In this document: positions 60,801 through 64,000 of the stretch, one piece after another
How positions within the stretch are numbered: position 1 is the stretch's first letter
Layout: the number at the start of each line of letters is the position of its first letter
Virus record (IMG/VR): IMGVR_UViG_3300021197_000864
Location: 31,572-95,571 of that record
Origin: a virus
Strand: one strand, 5' to 3'
DNA: 64,000 nt
Notes under the pieces: model-generated
Told to the model about the DNA's origin: nothing
Databases searched by the model: none
The model's input: only the letters and a program-made list of their open reading frames with translations
Position numbers and translations under genes: made by a program

Positions 60801-61421
60801 AGGCTCAAACTCAACTCCATCACCAAACTCATCAAAAGTAGTAATTCTAGTTATTCTAGCAAAATGTGGTCTTACTGTATCTTCTCTTGTAACATGGTCA
60901 TATATTTCAGGATTTAATAAAATAAAGTAGTCTCTATTCTCTATATCTAATCCAATATTACTGTCAGGACAATCTGAAACAGTAGAGTAAGTAGCCTTTC
61001 TGTTTGTAGATGTATTTGTTTTAGTAGAGTCATAAATTTTAACTTTATATGATGGAGTATTTTCTTTATTTGTAGCGTAAGTAGATAGGGATGTGGAAGC
61101 AGTTGGTAATAATCTATTCTGAATACTACTAGTACATTGTACTGATATTCCATCTGTATGTGGGCCTTTTCTTATTTCTGTAAACATTGCTGATGCAATA
61201 GGAGGATTCCCACTAGCAGTACTCACATAATCTGTTTCATTTTCTAATCCTAATGTAAGTAGTGTAGGATTAACTGATACTTCTTTGTATGCGTTTGCTC
61301 TACAAGTAGAATTACCTCTTGAAGTATAAATATTATTATTACCAAAATCATTTTCAAATGTGGATTCTACTACTCCTGCATTTAGTGGTAATATCATTCT
61401 TCCGCTAACAGCCATATTCAC
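54816..61421 (-). CDS. Large virion structural protein (tail hub / baseplate-like, 2201 aa)
   Basis: Location in the tail block; C-terminal VIVVG...LEAGDIISL hub-like region. Confidence 0.7.
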   Translation of the reverse strand: MNMAVSGRMILPLNAGVVESTFENDFGNNNIYTSRGNSTCRANAYKEVSVNPTLLTLGLENETDYVSTASGNPPIASAMFTEIRKGPHTDGISVQCTSSIQNRLLPTASTSLSTYATNKENTPSYKVKIYDSTKTNTSTNRKATYSTVSDCPDSNIGLDIENRDYFILLNPEIYDHVTREDTVRPHFARITRITTFDEFGDGVEFEPKYTGEIVKGTKFEIYKGPHKTNDSDVVAVSYGLRGDTDASTNKYDKISIVNTPTFYFYNDRLEVKNQLDYNEKYTLTSVRYWGSQSISILATTGGNLSQYEQGSTSKYFTINSTGYNQLTEGGSLFSGTTYIGNVESKYANDPLGTISYRFYLDYARQNLGTISSVTVGTTIQNVVFRTERKYGNTIQNLGRSRLDAVLVDNNMVADDADSNIDPIFWHKTFPKMKRHEEDHTLTYEESLHTIPDSPHRKINGPAKYITWESAELKNDKLPVVMDTVVNSPRNKLSKLARVKGLDNAGIQHLKYKEEDKLVVRNGIYSNNLDMQLLFHKVTNTDTQLAFNNKSNDNADTGWKYDYSAILGVDSIILIGDYYYRVYAIDAKADGVNQKFSVSHKRLKTASTWTQDSTPPTVSSADVYVSVYSNSKLITGFSADTEIITSQNNRITMDNHTVTKESTKLYNSRVYINGFKGHDIKVDYGDRNLKYLSLQSATDKYYQKTPKDRVYYYGGSYTLHEEVFTGKIEDITSSMENGMLNYDIVGRDNTSSLLSNTFTKNLNYSNDIVKSTLNPSLVLAQVTGGSTDIDTDITSTTATVNGDMESLLPKYTLLFDTNKNLIGEVSSITHSSGTSTITLLDKAYVGIENGGTYYYYNPFSESNFISLNKAMGANTLMNKHPTDLNGASDVGLTFEKGLSFDTTLATTNLNLSSNVGDKSQLGYDVNSVKSISDFDSEFLLKLANEQDDYVTHITKSIQSSNYLSVVNVVESETNNTVIEVSSQFPITLGVIDVNNSDTRINATHTNAASMYLLNPNLPRGGYLHRLNDTFNNFYTSKDIFRYVDLQSFEPGTIYYNDSSSIYLNGKTPSKISGYTLAHNITIEGVDKNTAITTNNNLIQNFTETGTTNTVRTANVMTTDGQDNAPATNNYWELNALSSGTRFLVASTFNEGNSLEDKAELFIQKDYRARTYELFARGDVFPDSYLRYNHISHSSIDSPIKNYGLLLEGKGSKGSQREHTNYVGKTTSDEMQDKDYDITIIDDSDATNTKELQRWGIIRLTEATFDWHFNPIDSDALKNRDEIPRVPIIKLRRFANATDNGDGTFTLQTNSRPAFDLLDSSDDYLYSLGDNGTYNTSGSVDFTLAYFAIPNLALTHKDELYFSYNALKHGSNFGYDVHNVFLPIISETGLPTGASNNAKSKTNSGVHYGKMNAADSDVNGGSSGSLYHRSAVLSGLSSPLFKTANGITTPHYYADFPSKTIYDNCVAVFRNIKNITSKDASNLYDFDSSSLLTIDNSYNDTSSSNVDVSLTTQNQHSKNLLIREGLHTTSTLRHLDAAFIGMKTESYPLVNGLTKLNVNKISGDNDADIVHNETVSGDEEGRMFAAQMLIKPQFNILSGDYSSTPSVITRTMDSTSTHHWLHYMVDLTGQYIVGPNITTKGTPSYIGKIISHTKKVVSNKWQHTITFDKDLSAAGTYRLMRISETTFDETPDFFEINVMDDSGLQHDKVFADFKTGGVEGVKSTDSEGVYSMHMLLEIDTANTYLERRLFANMSMFTDGEEIDCFISDGINEQRKSLSVTKSNSALKFEYDGKISANGCVSFGKVINLTLPKKLNITPKNAFLGTTVRLGSKVDNVLEEIAKESGLDLNIEESLKEYTDLIVKSNYSSGNEVTLSSSPVNVAINDVIYNQDGYLIGKITDKNTTSGAFSVTFGGGIVFTPSPFDELTKRNKNTFVTNVKFESVDSFSAINYLANLKDLDFKIKNNAIITRNLSSPYALRKYHVSYSKDNNLIRVQSNKTLFDKKTKVIVVGDGVKAEMELPTNNTPQVLRHVDASIKTPDEAKIKAIKLLNHHNKDVRKIKLVLQKKGIELLEAGDIISLDFPNQQIPRDDYMVFDIENVLSGTAEITVGTFDKSIAERLSEINLEQQNANFTLFTKNATENVVGKALFDEIQINNNLIKYEIKSTSDSTTMGADLILGFGNTLGFGETSTTTNTTYESEKDV

Positions 61422-62476
61422 TCACCAAATGTATAATAAAAAAGTATATTGCTATAACTAGGAGATAGTGTATTTAATGACTGAGAAGGTTGATTACCTT
61501 TAGATAAAGATACTTCATATAACTCCCCCATAAATTGCCAATGTTCTCTTTCACCGGATGCTTCATCAGCCTTTTGTCCTATGAAAACATCATCGGCTTT
61601 GAATGCAAATGTAGGTTCACTAGAAAACTTTTCAGATTTAATTAAAGAATTATTTAGATATATATCTACACTACCACCTTTGTTAAATACACAGGATATT
61701 TTGTATAACTGTTCTACATAAAATGCTTCTTTAGGTTGTGAGACATATATTGCTGCTGTATGATTAGAGGCATCCGTAACTGTAACTGTTTCTGTATTAT
61801 TCTTTTCTGTAACAACACCTAAACTAACCCCATTACTATTGAACAGTTCTGAACCATCTGCTAATTTTGCTACATTGACCGCCCCATCAGAAAATCTAAT
61901 TTGATTACCACTAGGATTTGTCGTATCTGCTTGTAGTAAAGTTAAACTTGTATTATTCCCATCATAATATCCATTTAAGTCATAGTATCCATGAAGAGTG
62001 TTTATTGATTTTATTACTGTTCCCGTTTCTATTGGGTCATAATAAACAGGAGAACCTGATGCAGTATTTGCTAATTTAACTACTATCTTATATTCTGCGG
62101 GTTGATTAAAATTATGAGCAGTTGTATTTTCTAAATACACTTGAAAATGTCCATTATAAAATAACATCATTTTATGTGAAAATCTAGCAGTTCCAAAGTA
62201 TGTACCACTCTCAAAGTTTGCGAGTGAATCACTATTAGCAGGGCATGGTGGAGTTTTAGTTGAGTCTAATGTATCTTTACTACTATCAGTTTCATGACCA
62301 AATCCATTAACATCATAAGGTGTAATAATAGTTTCAAAAACAAAACTACCATTATGATTCCAAAGATTACCCTTAGATGTACTTAGGTTAGTATCATCAT
62401 ATTCTATTTTCAAATAGCCATCACACATAACAGGAAAAACTAGTTTTCTTGAATCCCCAACATATACGTTTGCTAT
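61418..62476 (-). CDS. LamG/concanavalin-like virion protein (frame extends to an ATA start at 62476)
   Basis: FVFETIITP...YKISCVF...IYLN...FIGQ...FMGELYEV; open frame upstream of the track start (62428) to a GGGGGTG RBS. Confidence 0.7.
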   Translation of the reverse strand: MANVYVGDSRKLVFPVMCDGYLKIEYDDTNLSTSKGNLWNHNGSFVFETIITPYDVNGFGHETDSSKDTLDSTKTPPCPANSDSLANFESGTYFGTARFSHKMMLFYNGHFQVYLENTTAHNFNQPAEYKIVVKLANTASGSPVYYDPIETGTVIKSINTLHGYYDLNGYYDGNNTSLTLLQADTTNPSGNQIRFSDGAVNVAKLADGSELFNSNGVSLGVVTEKNNTETVTVTDASNHTAAIYVSQPKEAFYVEQLYKISCVFNKGGSVDIYLNNSLIKSEKFSSEPTFAFKADDVFIGQKADEASGEREHWQFMGELYEVSLSKGNQPSQSLNTLSPSYSNILFYYTFGE

Positions 62477-62490
62477 TTTTACACCCCCAA

Positions 62491-63210
62491 TCAGTCAAAG
62501 AAATTGTCTGCAATAACAGTCGCTTCTTCAAACTCCATAGTGAAATTTACACTAGGATATTCTGCTCCCGAAAATGTAGTGCCAAATGAGCGTATAAATC
62601 CACCAAGACCAATATGATTACTAGTTTTATTTATTATATCAAAAGCAGTAGAAGGAGAATCAGTTGTATTACCACTTCCCGCAGTAAATGTATTATCATA
62701 TGCTCTATTTTTCCAATTCCAAGGTATTAACGGTGCATCACCAATATCTAATGCTACCATTTCAGCAGCAGTTATTGTGTTTCCTGCTTTGTCTGCAAGC
62801 CTTTGGTTAAAACTATTATCTACTTTACTAGGATAAAATACTAATAATTTGTTTACATTTTGGTCATCTTGAAAACTACTTGAGTCAGTATAAGAATGAA
62901 TTAATTGTGCCAATTCGTAGGCAGTAAATGTGACCGTTTTAGTATCTCCTTCTTTATTATTCTTCACAATTTCTTGTTCTAATAATACACCTGTTATACT
63001 TACAGTTTTTTGTGCAAGTCCCATATCAAATGCTAGATTAGTAGATTCACCACGTATTGCTCCTGAAAAGGGAATACCAACATTAGGTACAGTTTTATTT
63101 GTATTAAATGATAATTCAGTTACATACAGTGGTATTCTATTAACGTGGCTATTCGTTCCACTAACATCAGACCGCCTTGCTAATTCTAAAAATACTACTA
63201 ATTCTGTCAT
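62491..63210 (-). CDS. Distal-tail-like structural protein
   Basis: Follows the tape-measure-like gene; beta-rich, ending FTMEFEEA. Confidence 0.6.
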   Translation of the reverse strand: MTELVVFLELARRSDVSGTNSHVNRIPLYVTELSFNTNKTVPNVGIPFSGAIRGESTNLAFDMGLAQKTVSITGVLLEQEIVKNNKEGDTKTVTFTAYELAQLIHSYTDSSSFQDDQNVNKLLVFYPSKVDNSFNQRLADKAGNTITAAEMVALDIGDAPLIPWNWKNRAYDNTFTAGSGNTTDSPSTAFDIINKTSNHIGLGGFIRSFGTTFSGAEYPSVNFTMEFEEATVIADNFFD

Positions 63211-63998
63211 ATCATACTCACCGTTGAACTTGTTTGATTCATTCTAATATTAATTTCTTTAGCAACCTTATTTGCTATATCTCGTATCTCTGTATCAGAA
63301 GCACCAACTCTACCATTGACATGAACATTGATTGTATTACCTCCTGAACTAGCAGCCCTAGCCGCTACCATTTTACCTGAATCTGCATTAGAATAAACTC
63401 TTGAACCAGTTGGTAATTTAACTAATTCAGGGCCTTTTTCTCCTACTATGGATAAACCTGAACCAGTTACACCTCCCTTAGAAAAGCCGGGAAGGAAAGA
63501 TAATTTTTCTAATGCCGCACCAATTGCTAGTGCAAATACTGCACCTAATGCAATTAACCAACCTCCTGTAAAGAATGCAACTAAAAATAGTACAGCAGAA
63601 GCAATATAAGCAATCTTTGACATAGTTTTGGTTGCGCTATCACTAGATTTAGTAGCCCAAGCAACAATTCCCATAATACCTGCGTGTATTAATTTTAATA
63701 CTACTATAAGTGCTAAAGATAATAGTGCTAAAGAAGCCATAATTATCCCACCTAAAATCTTTAACAGCCCTTCAATTACTAAAAAGAATTTACCTTCTTG
63801 AAATCCTGTAACAATATCTCCTATACCACTTGCTACTAGTTCTAAGAAAGGTAATACCATCATTGTAAATAGTGATTTAGTTTGTTCCCAAATCTCACCC
63901 AATTTTTCTCTAACCCCTGCACTCTTAAATGCTCTATATAATAAGAATAACGCCAATATTGCTAATCCAATTGATACAAATGCTTTCTTAGCAAACAT
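63207..63998 (-). CDS. Tail tape-measure-like protein, C-terminal part (truncated at the window edge)
   Basis: Hydrophobic helices, then FSKGG...VGEKGPELV..P.GSRV motif common at TMP C-termini. Confidence 0.75.
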   Translation of the reverse strand: MFAKKAFVSIGLAILALFLLYRAFKSAGVREKLGEIWEQTKSLFTMMVLPFLELVASGIGDIVTGFQEGKFFLVIEGLLKILGGIIMASLALLSLALIVVLKLIHAGIMGIVAWATKSSDSATKTMSKIAYIASAVLFLVAFFTGGWLIALGAVFALAIGAALEKLSFLPGFSKGGVTGSGLSIVGEKGPELVKLPTGSRVYSNADSGKMVAARAASSGGNTINVHVNGRVGASDTEIRDIANKVAKEINIRMNQTSSTVSMI

Positions 63999-64000
63999 CA

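Overview
AT-rich, gene-dense fragment of a tailed archaeal dsDNA virus. Gene content and order best fit the Magroviruses, which are predicted to infect Marine Group II Euryarchaeota (Poseidoniales); this is recognition from protein motifs, not a database result. Three blocks: (1) 1-7775, minus strand: hypothetical proteins, including three tandem paralogues with a W-x-x-I-(L/I)-K N-terminus and small putative early genes; (2) 7896-41882, plus strand: a putative origin and a densely structured non-coding region, then class II RNR, viral TFIIB, two histone-fold proteins, a PC4-like protein, ATP-dependent ligase, RFC, SSB, PCNA, split PolB, Cas4-like nuclease, fused primase, ERCC4 nuclease, MCM-like ATPase and DEDD exonuclease; (3) 42168-64000, minus strand: tail/virion genes, including a 3720-aa fibre. 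The two best candidates for an undescribed system are: (a) a dispersed viral ubiquitin-like conjugation pathway (Ubl precursor ending GG-GNQ, ThiF/E1, JAB protease, speculative E2-like protein); and (b) an early-region architecture of repeated ACCATATGGT-CTTTG-TATA-CCCT promoter modules driving genes whose 5' and 3' UTRs base-pair, beside ORB-like repeats and a ~0.9-kb array of stem-closed RNA domains. All calls were made by eye; no searches or folding programs were run.
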